Shown: positions 38,796 through 49,429, counted from the first letter of the stretch. The stretch is DNA of 64,000 nucleotides from Methanobrevibacter sp. (GCF_017427765.1 NZ_JAFRSC010000010.1:998-64997), one strand, 5' to 3'. Program-made: numbers and translations. The notes: a model not told the origin generated them from the sequence alone.

Positions 38796-39644
38796 TTAAA
38801 CTAACGGTTTTGAATGTTCATCCTTATTCATAGGATATTCATTTGTTGTCAGGGGTTTGCCTATTTTTTCAAGTCTATTATCTAAGAATTCTCTCCCTTT
38901 TTCACTAATTGCAATAATTGGAACTTTGGATCCTGAGTAGTAGGATTTTTCTTTTTCAGCGTAATCTCTAACATTTTTAGATGAACATGCAGTAATGACT
39001 TCACAGTATTTAAATGCAGTTTCCACTTCTTTTAGACTTGCATTTGTGGTGTGCGCTACAAACATGTATGTTTTCACATCATCAGGTAAAGGATATTGGC
39101 CAATTTCTTCAATTGATTTGCATGGTAAAATTGTAACGGCAATATTCTTATAGCCTCTTTCAATTGCCATTTCCAATCCTTTAATCGGATTTAATTCAGC
39201 AGTTTCTGGATTAACCACATTTTCAATACCAACTTGCTCAATGACTTCAGGTATTGGGGTGGTGCTTATGAGTGCTGATACTCGCCCGCCCACTCCCTGA
39301 ATGATTTCAGGATCTGTCATCAGTAATGTTCCGACGCCTTCACATACGCCTACAACACAATCAATCAACCCCAATTCAACGTTTGTTCTTAGAATTTCAG
39401 ATATTCCAAAACTCATGAAATCTTTCATTTTTACTACTCTTTGGGGTGTGCACATCCCAAATTCACGAATTCTTTTTTCCATATTCCATTTTATGAAATC
39501 TTTAGTTAGATGTTCAGCACCATCAATTTTATAAAAAATAGGGCAGAAATCAACAATGGGTTCTCCAACGGAGGTTACTTCTCCATTTTCTATTACTACT
39601 TCAGTTTTACCTAAAGCTTCAATTATATGATAGTCTTTTGTCAT
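38796..39644 (-). CDS. Methanogenesis marker protein 8 (DUF2099)
   Basis: 'HIIEALGK', 'RIREFGMCT..R', 'CEGVGT', 'QGVGGRVS'. Confidence 0.85.
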   Translation of the reverse strand: MTKDYHIIEALGKTEVVIENGEVTSVGEPIVDFCPIFYKIDGAEHLTKDFIKWNMEKRIREFGMCTPQRVVKMKDFMSFGISEILRTNVELGLIDCVVGVCEGVGTLLMTDPEIIQGVGGRVSALISTTPIPEVIEQVGIENVVNPETAELNPIKGLEMAIERGYKNIAVTILPCKSIEEIGQYPLPDDVKTYMFVAHTTNASLKEVETAFKYCEVITACSSKNVRDYAEKEKSYYSGSKVPIIAISEKGREFLDNRLEKIGKPLTTNEYPMNKDEHSKPLV

Positions 39645-39849
39645 AATCTCACATCTATCCTTTGGATTTTAAGTTGACTTTAGTTTCTCATTTCTTCACT
39701 TAAAAATTAACTATTGTTATATTTATATATTGGTAGTTTTAAAATATAACTATTGTGATATTTTGGATATCCGAATTGAAAATTGAATATATGATGAAGC
39801 ATGGATTATGCTAAATTATTTATTTTTATTTATGAAAAGGTGATTTTGA

Positions 39850-40287
39850 ATGGTAGTAAAAGTTATAAAGGCAAAAGAAGATAAAGTTACAACAGCTGAT
39901 TTAATTGCTGATTTGAAAAAAAGCAGCAAAATTGACTATTCTGGGGCCATTTTTACTTTTGAGGGAATGGTGCGTGGAAAAGATGAAAACATGCACTTGG
40001 AAAAGTTAATTTTATCAACTCAGGATACTGATGAAACATTAAAAGAAATTGAAAAGATTGTTGCAAATGCCAAAATCAAATACAATGTTCATGAAATTTC
40101 TGTTGTTCATTATATTGGTGAGTTTTACACAGGAGACACTTTATTTTTAGTTGCCGTTTTAGGCGCTCATAGGAATGAAACTCTTGAAGCACTAAAAGAA
40201 GTGATTGAAAGCGTTAAATTTGATGTTGAGTTTAAAAAGGAAGAGATTTCAAAAGAAGGAACAAAAACCATTTTGGCAGGTGGATGA
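39850..40287 (+). CDS. moaE: Molybdopterin synthase catalytic subunit MoaE
   Basis: 'GAIFTFEGMVR', 'VVHYIG', 'HRNE', 'KKEE'. Confidence 0.85.
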   Translation: MVVKVIKAKEDKVTTADLIADLKKSSKIDYSGAIFTFEGMVRGKDENMHLEKLILSTQDTDETLKEIEKIVANAKIKYNVHEISVVHYIGEFYTGDTLFLVAVLGAHRNETLEALKEVIESVKFDVEFKKEEISKEGTKTILAGG

Positions 40288-40318
40288 ATCATTAACCATA
40301 ATTTTAAGGACAAATAAT

Positions 40319-41494
40319 ATGGAAAATCGTACTGGAATTTTTACAAATGGAATTATTTGGTTTGGAGTTGCCATTTCCGTTTCCGAAATTGAAGCGGGAA
40401 TACAGATTGGAACCCTCTCATCTTTGAACTCATTGTGGTTTCCATTAATACTGGGACATTTGCTGGGCGGAATAATGCTCTTTTTAGTGGGTTATATAGG
40501 TGCCAGCGTTAGAAAGAACGCAATGGAAACAACTGAATCAACTTTTGGCAGATATGGATCTAAGTTTTTTGCCTCATTGAATGTTTTGCAGCTGGTTGCA
40601 TGGGTAGCAGTATTGAATGCTCAGGGTGCATCGGCTTTAGCAGGATTAGATCCTCAAATTTCATTTCCATTAATTTGTATGCTATTTGCAATATTTATCG
40701 CTATTTGGGTTTATGTGGGCCTTCAACGTTCATCGAAAGTTACTGCAATTGTGATGATGGTTCTTACAATTCTTCTTGCAATATTGACTGTCAGATTATA
40801 TGGATTTGATGCGTCAGGAATTATATCAGCTGGAAATGCTAATTCTAAGGTTCTTGACTTCTGGAATATTTTTGAAATTTCAATTGCTATGCCAATCTCA
40901 TGGCTGCCAGTTATTTCAGACTACACAAAGGATGTTGAAAAACCGATTAATGCTACTGCGGTTTCTGCTGCGGCATACACCATAGCTAGTCTTTGGATGT
41001 ATTTTATTGGAATTGAAATTGCAGGTATGGGCCTGAATAATGTTGCACAGGCAATTCTTCTTGCAAATCTTGGAATTCCGGGAGTTATAATTATGGTTCT
41101 TTCGACTATTACAACTAACTTTCTTGCAGCCAATTCTGCAGGGGAATCCGCCAAAGCTATTTTCCATAAACTCAACCCAAAAATCGTAGGGGTAATTGTA
41201 AGTTTTATAAGTGCAGTTATTGCAATTTTAGGCATTATGGGTCATTATATTAGTTTTCTTTATCTTGTCGCTTCAGTATTTGCTCCAATGGCTGCAGTTT
41301 TAGCGGTTTCATTCTATTTGAATATGGATGATGAATGTATTTCAAAATGGAATATGTTTGCATGGCTTGCGGGTTTTATCACATACCAATTGGCAATATA
41401 TCAGGATTCTGTATTTCTAGGCCCAACACTTCTGGCAATAATAGTATCGGCAGCAATTACATATATTGGGAAATTTTTAAAAAAAAGAGTTTAA
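40319..41494 (+). CDS. cytX: Hydroxymethylpyrimidine/cytosine permease (CytX-like)
   Basis: 'IWFGVAISVSEI', 'LNVLQLVAW', 'AMPISWLPVISDY'. Confidence 0.75.
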   Translation: MENRTGIFTNGIIWFGVAISVSEIEAGIQIGTLSSLNSLWFPLILGHLLGGIMLFLVGYIGASVRKNAMETTESTFGRYGSKFFASLNVLQLVAWVAVLNAQGASALAGLDPQISFPLICMLFAIFIAIWVYVGLQRSSKVTAIVMMVLTILLAILTVRLYGFDASGIISAGNANSKVLDFWNIFEISIAMPISWLPVISDYTKDVEKPINATAVSAAAYTIASLWMYFIGIEIAGMGLNNVAQAILLANLGIPGVIIMVLSTITTNFLAANSAGESAKAIFHKLNPKIVGVIVSFISAVIAILGIMGHYISFLYLVASVFAPMAAVLAVSFYLNMDDECISKWNMFAWLAGFITYQLAIYQDSVFLGPTLLAIIVSAAITYIGKFLKKRV

Positions 41495-41619
41495 CATTCT
41501 TTAACATGTTTTAATGGGTATTCAACAAAGATTAAGGTAATGGCGTGCTGATTCAATATAAAAAAAATAATGAAGTGAATACACTTCATATTTTAACTTT
41601 TAAATTTGTAAGGCTATAG

Positions 41620-41958
41620 CTACACTGCTTTATCTCCTTCTTCACCGGTTCTTATTCTAATCACGTTATCGATTGGATAAATGAATATCTTTCCATCTCC
41701 AATATTTCCAGTGTATGCACCTTTTTTAATTGCTTCTATAATGGTGTCAACACCTTCATCTTTGACAACAATTTCAATACGTGTTTTTGGAATTAAATCA
41801 ATACAATAACTGGATCCTCTGTAAGTTTCTCTAATTCCTCTTTGGCTTCCTCGCCCTTTTACTTCAGTGACGTTCATACCTTCACAGCCTACATCTAAAA
41901 GGGCCTTTTTAACGTCCTGGTATTTTTCTTGTCTAATAATAGCAACTATACTTTTCAT
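41620..41958 (-). CDS. glnK: P-II nitrogen regulatory protein
   Basis: 'GRGSQRG', 'TGNIGDGKIFI', 'RIRTGEEG'; downstream of amtB. Confidence 0.93.
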   Translation of the reverse strand: MKSIVAIIRQEKYQDVKKALLDVGCEGMNVTEVKGRGSQRGIRETYRGSSYCIDLIPKTRIEIVVKDEGVDTIIEAIKKGAYTGNIGDGKIFIYPIDNVIRIRTGEEGDKAV

Positions 41959-41966
41959 TTTTACAC

Positions 41967-43184
41967 CTAGTTAAGATTATATGCTGATTCTTTATGAAGA
42001 TTAGCATCAAGACCTCCAATTTCTTCATGGTCTTCTACTCTTATTCCGCCTAATGCTTTATCTAGAACTTTAGCAAGTATAAAGCTTATAATAAATGAGT
42101 ATCCAAGTGTAGCAACAATACTGATTATTTGAATAACCACTTGGTTAGGATTTCCTGCAATTAATCCTGCAACTCCACCTACGGAAGGCACTGCAAAGAT
42201 TCCTGTTGCGAGTGCTCCCCAAACACCGGACATTCCGTGAATTCCCCATACATCTAAAGCATCGTCGTATCCGAGTTTTGCTTTTAAGTAGTAAATTGCA
42301 AAGTATGATACGAATGGAGCCACTCCACCAATTATTATTGCTCCGGGAACATTGACAAATCCTGCTGCAGGAGTAATTGCTACAAGACCTGCAACAGCTC
42401 CGGAAATTGCACCTAAAACTGTAGGTTTTCCAACAATGTAAGTATCTAATGAAGTCCATACTATTAGACCTAATGCTGCTGCAACATTTGATACTATGAT
42501 AGCATTTGCCGCAAGCCCATCAGCTGCAAGACCTGATCCTCCATTGAATCCCATCCATCCAAACCAGAGTAATGCTGCACCGAGAACAGCATATCCTAAG
42601 TTATGCGGAATAAGGGAGGTGTCTTTTCTTTTTCCTAATACTAATGCAACAGCTAGCGCAGCTACTCCGGAATTCATGTGAACTACTGCACCACCTGCAA
42701 AATCTAGGGCACCTAATTGCATTAGCCATCCTCCTCCCCATACCCAATGGGCTACAGGGACATAGACTATACAAGCCCATAAAATTGTAAATATTATCCA
42801 TGCTTTTGTTTTCATCCTTCCAACTAATGCTCCAGAAATAAGGGCAACAGTTAAACCTGCAAAAGCGCATTGGAACATCACAAATAATAATGTTGGAATT
42901 GTTCCGGTTAAATCATCTAATGCAATTCCTTGCAAGAAGAAATTTGTAGGTGATCCTATAATACCTGAAATATCGCTACCAAATGCAAATTGATATCCGA
43001 ATGTCACCCAAATTACACTTACAATTGAAAATGCGATGAAAGTTAAAAAAATTGTATTTAAAACATTCTTACGTTTACTTAATCCTCCATAAAAAAATGC
43101 AACTGCAGGAATGCTCATTAAAAGTACGAGTAAACTGCAAATGAGCACCCATGCGGTATCGCCTGAACTAAATATTATATCCAT
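41967..43184 (-). CDS. amtB: Ammonium transporter
   Basis: 'DFAGGAVVH', '[12 protein letters not shown]', '[11 protein letters not shown]', '[11 protein letters not shown]'. Confidence 0.96.
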   Translation of the reverse strand: MDIIFSSGDTAWVLICSLLVLLMSIPAVAFFYGGLSKRKNVLNTIFLTFIAFSIVSVIWVTFGYQFAFGSDISGIIGSPTNFFLQGIALDDLTGTIPTLLFVMFQCAFAGLTVALISGALVGRMKTKAWIIFTILWACIVYVPVAHWVWGGGWLMQLGALDFAGGAVVHMNSGVAALAVALVLGKRKDTSLIPHNLGYAVLGAALLWFGWMGFNGGSGLAADGLAANAIIVSNVAAALGLIVWTSLDTYIVGKPTVLGAISGAVAGLVAITPAAGFVNVPGAIIIGGVAPFVSYFAIYYLKAKLGYDDALDVWGIHGMSGVWGALATGIFAVPSVGGVAGLIAGNPNQVVIQIISIVATLGYSFIISFILAKVLDKALGGIRVEDHEEIGGLDANLHKESAYNLN

Positions 43185-43236
43185 TTTATCTTCTCTATAA
43201 ATAATTTAATTTAAATAATTGTTAATCCGATATATC

Positions 43237-43264
43237 GGAATATATTTACCGGAAGTATTCTTCC
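43237..43264. promoter_or_regulatory. NrpR operator(s) of amtB-glnK
   Basis: GGAA-gtattc-TTCC at 43251-43264, variant GGAA-tatatt-TACC at 43237-43250; minus-strand TATA near 43290. Confidence 0.8.
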
Positions 43265-43542
43265 GACATATAACTATTATTGTTTATAATATTTAAAGGT
43301 TTGTATTTCAAAAAAAATGAGATTAATATTCAAAAATTTAGGTAATCGGTTATTGGATATTCTGGCAATTCGCTAATTCAACAGGTAAACTAAATGCATA
43401 TGGCGTATATATTTAAACAGATTGGCTATTTTGACAATATTAATAATATATATTTGGAAAATAAAGAAAAAAAGAAGATGAATTTCTAGTTTGTATTTTG
43501 CTATTTTCAAAACATTTATATATTAATGCAGATAAAACTATT

Positions 43543-43568
43543 AGTCGGAAGGAAGTTTCCTTCCGACT
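43543..43568. promoter_or_regulatory. NrpR operator of glnA (two overlapping boxes)
   Basis: AGTCGGAAGGAAGTTTCCTTCCGACT downstream of TTTATATA (~43515). Confidence 0.85.
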
Positions 43569-43662
43569 ATATATTTAATTAAATTCATTTAGTCAAAAGT
43601 GTTTTTCCACTTTTCATATTATTAAACTAGTGGTTAATATACTCAAAAAATGAAGTGAAAAA

Positions 43663-45000
43663 ATGTCAGCAAAAGATAACAAATTAGATCAAGTAATTAA
43701 GACAATCGATGCAAATGATATAAAATTTTTGAAGTTACAGCTCTCCGACATTCATGGATTACCTAAAAGTATGGCTGTGCCTCTTAAAAAAGCAAGTGAT
43801 GTTGAAGATATTGTAAATGATGGATTACTGTTTGATGGTTCATCAATAGCAGGTTTAGCTTCAATTAATGACAGTGATTTGCTTGCAAAACCAGATATCG
43901 ACACTTTCTCAACAATTCCATGGAGGCCGGAGGTACAGGGTACCGCAAGATTCATATGTGATATTTTCACTACTGATGGAAAACCATATGACGGTGATCC
44001 AAGAGGTGTTCTTAAAAAATCATTACAATTAGCGGAAAAAAGAGGATATCAATTTAATATGGGTCCTGAACCTGAATTCTTCATTATAAGGAAAGATGAA
44101 AATGGGAAATACGTTCCTGCAGATGAAGCGGAATACTTTGATGTTGAACCATTGGATCAGGGTACTGACATCAGAAGGGAAATTGTACTGGGCTTAGAAA
44201 AATTGGATTTCGATGTTGAAGTAAGTCACCACGAAGTGGCAGCAGGTCAACATGAAGTCGATTTCAAATATGCTGATGCTTTAAAAACAGCTGATGCGGT
44301 CATAACATTTAAAGAGGCCGTTAAAGCAGTTGTCAATAACTTAGGTTTCAAAGCAACATTCATGCCAAAACCATTCCTTGGAATTAATGGTAGTGGAATG
44401 CACTGTAATCAAAGTCTGTTTAAAGATGGGGAAAATATTTTCTATGATCCAAATACTGAAAATCAAATATCACAGGAAGCATTATACTTCATTGGCGGAT
44501 TGTTAAAACATGCTCCTGCTCTATCTGCAATTTTATCTCCAACTGTTAACTCTTATAAACGTTTGGTGCCAGGTTATGAAGCACCATGTTACATAGCATA
44601 TGGTTTTAAAAATAGGTCAACCTTATTAAGAATTCCAGCATCCCGTGGATTAGGTACAAGGATTGAATGCAGATCCGCAGACCCATCATGTAATCCTTAC
44701 CTTGCATTTGCAGTATTACTTGAAGCAGGTCTGGATGGTATGGATAATAAAATTGACCCTGGTGAACCAACTGAAGAAAACCTGTTTGCATATTCTGAAG
44801 ATGAAATTGCCCAAAAAGGAATTGATAATTTGCCAACAAGTTTATGGGAGGCATACCACTCATTAGAAGAGGATGAAGTTGTCATTAATGCACTTGGGCA
44901 AAAAGTGTTCAATCAATTCTACAATATCAAAAGAGCTGAATGGGATTCATACAGAATACAGGTATTTGATTATGAAAGGGATGAGTACTTGAACGTATAA
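43663..45000 (+). CDS. glnA: Glutamine synthetase type I
   Basis: 'FDGSSI', 'GPEPEFF', 'HHEVA.GQHE', 'ATFMPKP', 'NGSGMH', 'RLVPGYEAP'. Confidence 0.97.
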   Translation: MSAKDNKLDQVIKTIDANDIKFLKLQLSDIHGLPKSMAVPLKKASDVEDIVNDGLLFDGSSIAGLASINDSDLLAKPDIDTFSTIPWRPEVQGTARFICDIFTTDGKPYDGDPRGVLKKSLQLAEKRGYQFNMGPEPEFFIIRKDENGKYVPADEAEYFDVEPLDQGTDIRREIVLGLEKLDFDVEVSHHEVAAGQHEVDFKYADALKTADAVITFKEAVKAVVNNLGFKATFMPKPFLGINGSGMHCNQSLFKDGENIFYDPNTENQISQEALYFIGGLLKHAPALSAILSPTVNSYKRLVPGYEAPCYIAYGFKNRSTLLRIPASRGLGTRIECRSADPSCNPYLAFAVLLEAGLDGMDNKIDPGEPTEENLFAYSEDEIAQKGIDNLPTSLWEAYHSLEEDEVVINALGQKVFNQFYNIKRAEWDSYRIQVFDYERDEYLNV

Positions 45001-45017
45001 TTATTCAATTATCTGAA

Positions 45018-45063
45018 TTGGTGGAAAAGATTGATGATTTATCCACCAATCAAAAAATTTTTT
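45018..45063 (+). terminator. Hairpin after glnA
   Basis: TTGGTGGA...TCCACCAA stem followed by a T-tract. Confidence 0.5.
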
Positions 45064-45255
45064 CTGGAGGTTGAAAATAAGATTAAATCATTAAAAGTCA
45101 GGGATATTTTGTAAACGGTGAAATTTTAGAATTATTAATTTTAAGGCATATTGTAATTTTAGAATCAAGATTTTGTGATTATTATTTTTAAAAGGCATAA
45201 TGTAATTTTCGAATATTTTTTTATATAAGGCATATGTAAATAGAGGGTAGAAAAA

Positions 45256-46173
45256 ATGTGTGGAATAGCAGGTGTAATATACAAGGATAAAAAAGCTCAC
45301 TCTGTAGGTGAATCCTTAACATCAATGTTGGAATCTCTGCAGCACAGAGGTCCGGACTCAGCAGGTTATGCAATATACGGTAGTTTGGATTTTCCTGAAA
45401 ATTATTATCAGTTAAACATTGAAGTAAAAAGAAAAAGGGGAGCTTTAGATAATTTAAAATCATTATTAACTCAAATAAGTCCAATATTTGAAGAGCAGCT
45501 AATTGAGTCTGTAGGAGACTCTGATGTATATAAATGTAAAATAGCATTGGACGAATTTTCTCTTTTAAAACCATACATAAGAGAAATAGATGAATTGGAA
45601 AATGTAAGGGTTATCAATGGTTCACATTCATTTGAAATGATAAAAGATGTGGGTAAAGTAAAGGACATTGCAGAAAGATTTGATGTTTCAAGCAGGATGG
45701 GAACACATGGAATAGGACATACTCGTTTTGCAACTGAAAGTGGCGTAGACCGTTATCATGCACACCCATATCAGAGTTATATCATACCGGATATAACAGT
45801 AGTCCATAACGGACAAATCACCAATTACTGGAAAATAAGGGATCCTTTAGAAAGAAAAGGTCATACTTTTGAATCATTTAACGATACTGAGTGTATTGTT
45901 CACTATATGGCGGATAAACTTAACCAGGGATATAAACTGGAAGAAGCTTTAGAACAGGCAGTTATTGATTTGGATGGTCCATTTTCAATATTGGTGGGAA
46001 CACCTAATGGAATAGGCATTGCAAAGGATAAACTTGGTCTCAGGCCAGGAGTAATGGTGGAAACTGATGAAATTTTTGCAGTTGCATCAGAAGAGATGGC
46101 ATTGCATGATGTTACAGATTCAAATCAGATAGAACAAATTTACCCTGGTGAAACAAGGGCTTACACCATCTAA
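45256..46173 (+). CDS. Glutamate synthase amidotransferase subunit (GltB domain 1, Ntn GATase)
   Basis: 'MCGIAG', 'HRGPDSAG', 'GHTRFATES', 'HNGQITN', 'DKLGLRP'. Confidence 0.88.
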   Translation: MCGIAGVIYKDKKAHSVGESLTSMLESLQHRGPDSAGYAIYGSLDFPENYYQLNIEVKRKRGALDNLKSLLTQISPIFEEQLIESVGDSDVYKCKIALDEFSLLKPYIREIDELENVRVINGSHSFEMIKDVGKVKDIAERFDVSSRMGTHGIGHTRFATESGVDRYHAHPYQSYIIPDITVVHNGQITNYWKIRDPLERKGHTFESFNDTECIVHYMADKLNQGYKLEEALEQAVIDLDGPFSILVGTPNGIGIAKDKLGLRPGVMVETDEIFAVASEEMALHDVTDSNQIEQIYPGETRAYTI

Positions 46174-46185
46174 GGGGGTTTATCT

Positions 46186-46839
46186 ATGAAAGAATATGTT
46201 ATTGATGCAAAAGACATGGCTGAAAAAGAATTAAATCGCACCATAAAAGAACAAGCCGAATATCATGATAAACTCATTATTGACAATCCCGAATCCAAAC
46301 ACAATATCTGTGCGGGTTTAACTGAGGATGTGGATATAGAAATCAATGGTTCTGCAGGTTATTTTGTTGGAACAATGGTTAACGGATCAAAGATACACAT
46401 CAATGGAAATGCCGGATGGTTTGCTGGAGACAATATGACAGAAGGGGAATTGATTATTGAAGGTACAGCAGGTGACGGTGCTGGACAAGGAATCTATGGT
46501 GGAACCGTAATTGTAAAAGGTAATACTGGCTCAAGAACCGGAGAAATCATGAAAGGTGGAACTGTAATAATTGGTGGAAACAGCGGGTTCATGACCGGGT
46601 TGCTTATGATGGGAGGCAAACTCATAATACTTGGTGATGTTACTGACGATGTTGGAGAATCAATTATGAGGGGAACCATATTTGTTCTTGGTGATGTGAA
46701 AAGCTTAGGAAAAAATGCTGTTATGGAAAAAGCCACAACTGATGATATAAATGATCTTAAAGAAATTTTAACTGAATACGGTTTTGAGCTTACTGACAGC
46801 GATTATGCGAATTTCAAAAAAATTGTTAATATGCAATAG
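46186..46839 (+). CDS. Glutamate synthase GXGXG beta-helix subunit (GltB domain 3/FwdC-like)
   Basis: Repeated 'I.GNAG...G..M.GG' motifs. Confidence 0.88.
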   Translation: MKEYVIDAKDMAEKELNRTIKEQAEYHDKLIIDNPESKHNICAGLTEDVDIEINGSAGYFVGTMVNGSKIHINGNAGWFAGDNMTEGELIIEGTAGDGAGQGIYGGTVIVKGNTGSRTGEIMKGGTVIIGGNSGFMTGLLMMGGKLIILGDVTDDVGESIMRGTIFVLGDVKSLGKNAVMEKATTDDINDLKEILTEYGFELTDSDYANFKKIVNMQ

Positions 46840-46850
46840 GGGCTGATAAG

Positions 46851-47924
46851 ATGAGTGAAAAAAGAATAGCAATGGTTGGAACTCCATGTGAAATTATGGC
46901 AGCCTCCAAACTTCAACATTATACTGATAGTCCTATTGATGTTAAACTGGGCTTGTTTTGTATGGAAAATTTTTCATATAAATACTTTGAAAATCTCTTG
47001 AAAGAGTACGATTTGAAAATGGAGGATATTGAAAAATTCCAAATAACTAAAGGATTTGTATTTTTATTATTGAAAACCAGAGAGACTGTAAAAATTCCGA
47101 TATCAATAGCTAAAAGGATAATCAGAAAAAACTGTAATATATGTGTTGAATTGACATCAGAAACATCTGATATTTCAATAGGTTCTATAGGATCTGATGA
47201 AGGATGGTCAACATTGATAGTCCGAACAGAAAAAGGTGAGGAAATTGTCAATGGAGCATTGGAGCAAAAATTCATTGAGGCTAAAGAGCTTACAGATTCA
47301 CAATTCAATTTGTTAATTAAACTTGCAGTAAATAAAATAAATAAAAATCTGGAAGAGATAGAAAAAAGAGAATTTTTGGCTAGACCAGTATTGTATCAGA
47401 GGGATAAATCCAATGATTCAATCGCAAAAGAGGTCTCAGAGTCTCAATTCTTAGATTTAAAATCAAATGTCATTGATATTGGGGCTTGTGTACTCTGTGG
47501 AGCATGCGAATACGTATGTCCTGACAATCTAATAACAATTGATGATACAAAACCGATAATGAAAGGGGAATGCCCTCAGGATTGCCATGCCTGCTTTGCA
47601 GTTTGCCCAAGAACTTTCATACCTGAAGATTTGAGAAATGACAATTCAAAAGCAATCGGTGAGTTTATAAAAGTATTGTCTGTCAAATCCCTTAAACACA
47701 GTCAGGGTCAGGACGGTTCCATTGTCACAACATTACTGGACTATTTATTGACTAATGATATTGTAACTGATGCGCTGATTGTTGATAAAGAGGATTATTT
47801 GGCTTGGAAACCGTATGCTAAGCTAACAAGTGATATTGATGAAGTTATTAAATCAGGCGGAACAAAATATTCTGTCTGTCCTGTATTCAAACCATTAAGA
47901 AATGTTAATGAGGAGGTGAATTAG
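46851..47924 (+). CDS. FrhB/FdhB-family F420-binding subunit with 2x[4Fe-4S], permuted domain order
   Basis: 'VGTPCEI', 'GLFCMENF', 'DISIGS' first; CxxCxxCxxxCP in the middle; 'QDGSIVT', 'GTKYS' last. Confidence 0.85.
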   Translation: MSEKRIAMVGTPCEIMAASKLQHYTDSPIDVKLGLFCMENFSYKYFENLLKEYDLKMEDIEKFQITKGFVFLLLKTRETVKIPISIAKRIIRKNCNICVELTSETSDISIGSIGSDEGWSTLIVRTEKGEEIVNGALEQKFIEAKELTDSQFNLLIKLAVNKINKNLEEIEKREFLARPVLYQRDKSNDSIAKEVSESQFLDLKSNVIDIGACVLCGACEYVCPDNLITIDDTKPIMKGECPQDCHACFAVCPRTFIPEDLRNDNSKAIGEFIKVLSVKSLKHSQGQDGSIVTTLLDYLLTNDIVTDALIVDKEDYLAWKPYAKLTSDIDEVIKSGGTKYSVCPVFKPLRNVNEEVN

Positions 47925-49406
47925 ATGTCATTTACTGTTGAAAGGAAAATAGAGATATGTAGGCAGAATAATGACAGGCCAGGCTGTTGCTGGTATTTGT
48001 GTGACAATCCTAAAAAATCCTCATGTAAAAACTGTTACAGCTGTTATTCAAATTGTCCGCATGGTGTTTATGAAGTAATTAATGATGAACCTCTGCCAAT
48101 ACATCAGGAAAATTGTGTAGGATGCAAAATCTGTGAAGAGATGTGTCCGACACACGCGATATATGTTAGGCCACTTGTTGATGAAGGAAGGGGAGTATGG
48201 TCAAATTCAACAATGGTTGAAATCAAACGTAAAAGTCAAACAGGATCATATAAGGTACGTGGTTGCGGATTAACCAGAAAAATCCCAACATTTGATGATT
48301 TAAGCATATTGCCAGCACAGGTATCAAGACCTCCAATTGATTCATACAGGGAAACCTGTAAAACTTCAGTAGTGCTTGGAGATAGGTTTGCAGAAAATCC
48401 AATCGAAATTGATACTCCTATTATGATTGGAGCAATGTCATTTGGTGCGCTAAGTAAGGAGGCAAAAATGGCATTGGCTATTGGAAGCAGTAAAGTAGGT
48501 TCAATAACCAACACTGGTGAAGGAGGAATGCTTCCTGAAGAAAGGCATTACGCCGATAAGCTGATTGCCCAGTACGCATCAGGTCGTTTTGGAGTCTCAG
48601 CCAAATATTTAAACAATGCTGAGGCTGTTGAAATAAAAATAGGTCAAGGTGCAAAATCAGGTATGGGAGGGCACCTGCTTGCCCATAAGGTAACCGCAGA
48701 AGTTGCTAGAGTTCGTAACATTCCCGAAGGAACTTCAGCATTAAGTCCTGCCAGACATATGGATATTGTCGGACCAGAGGATTTGGGAATGAAAATCGAT
48801 CAATTGAGGGAAATTACTGACTGGAAAATACCTATTATTGTAAAATTTGCAGCAGGTCGGGTGGAACAGGATGTAAAAATTGCAGCAAAGGCTGGTGCAG
48901 ACATAATTGTGGTTGACGGTATGCAGGGAGGAACAGGTGCCGGACCTGAAGTAGTTACAGAACATGCTGGTATTCCTACAATAGAAGCAATAGTAAAAGC
49001 TGATGATGCTCTTAAAGACATCAATTTAAGAAGTGAGGTAAGTCTTGTGGCTGCAGGAGGAATACGATCTGGAGCCGATGTGGCAAAAGCAATAGCTTTA
49101 GGTGCAGATGCAGTATATATTGCAACATCTGCTTTGATTTCAATAGGATGTAAAGTTTGCCAATCCTGTTCTGAAGGAATTTGTCCGAAAGGAATTGCAA
49201 CACAGGATAGGGTACTTAGAAGAAGATTGGACCCTATAAGAAAAGGTCAGCAAGTTGCAAATTATATTGAGGCAATGACTCAGGAAGTTACCTCTTTAAC
49301 TCAGCAGGCTGGAAACACGGATATAGAAAATCTTGAACGTCAAGATCTTGTTGCATTAACAATGGAAGCTTCACAATTAACTGGAGTGCCGATGGTGAGA
49401 AATTAA
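47925..49406 (+). CDS. gltB: Glutamate synthase FMN-binding subunit (archaeal GltB domain 2) with N-terminal ferredoxin
   Basis: 'AMSFGALS', 'NTGEGG', 'EIKIGQGAK.G.GG.L', 'GGTGA', 'CKVCQSC...CPKGIATQ'. Confidence 0.9.
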   Translation: MSFTVERKIEICRQNNDRPGCCWYLCDNPKKSSCKNCYSCYSNCPHGVYEVINDEPLPIHQENCVGCKICEEMCPTHAIYVRPLVDEGRGVWSNSTMVEIKRKSQTGSYKVRGCGLTRKIPTFDDLSILPAQVSRPPIDSYRETCKTSVVLGDRFAENPIEIDTPIMIGAMSFGALSKEAKMALAIGSSKVGSITNTGEGGMLPEERHYADKLIAQYASGRFGVSAKYLNNAEAVEIKIGQGAKSGMGGHLLAHKVTAEVARVRNIPEGTSALSPARHMDIVGPEDLGMKIDQLREITDWKIPIIVKFAAGRVEQDVKIAAKAGADIIVVDGMQGGTGAGPEVVTEHAGIPTIEAIVKADDALKDINLRSEVSLVAAGGIRSGADVAKAIALGADAVYIATSALISIGCKVCQSCSEGICPKGIATQDRVLRRRLDPIRKGQQVANYIEAMTQEVTSLTQQAGNTDIENLERQDLVALTMEASQLTGVPMVRN

Positions 49407-49429
49407 AAATCAATTTAGGAGATATTATT

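Noticed and set aside
40205-40318. N-terminal extension of CytX or a TPP riboswitch
   Set aside because: The extension overlaps moaE; ATG 40319 has an AAGGA RBS; no room or motif for a riboswitch
45091-45574. Antisense ORFs in the glnA-glt region and similar short shadow ORFs elsewhere
   Set aside because: They overlap well-supported genes on the other strand and lack RBS or motifs
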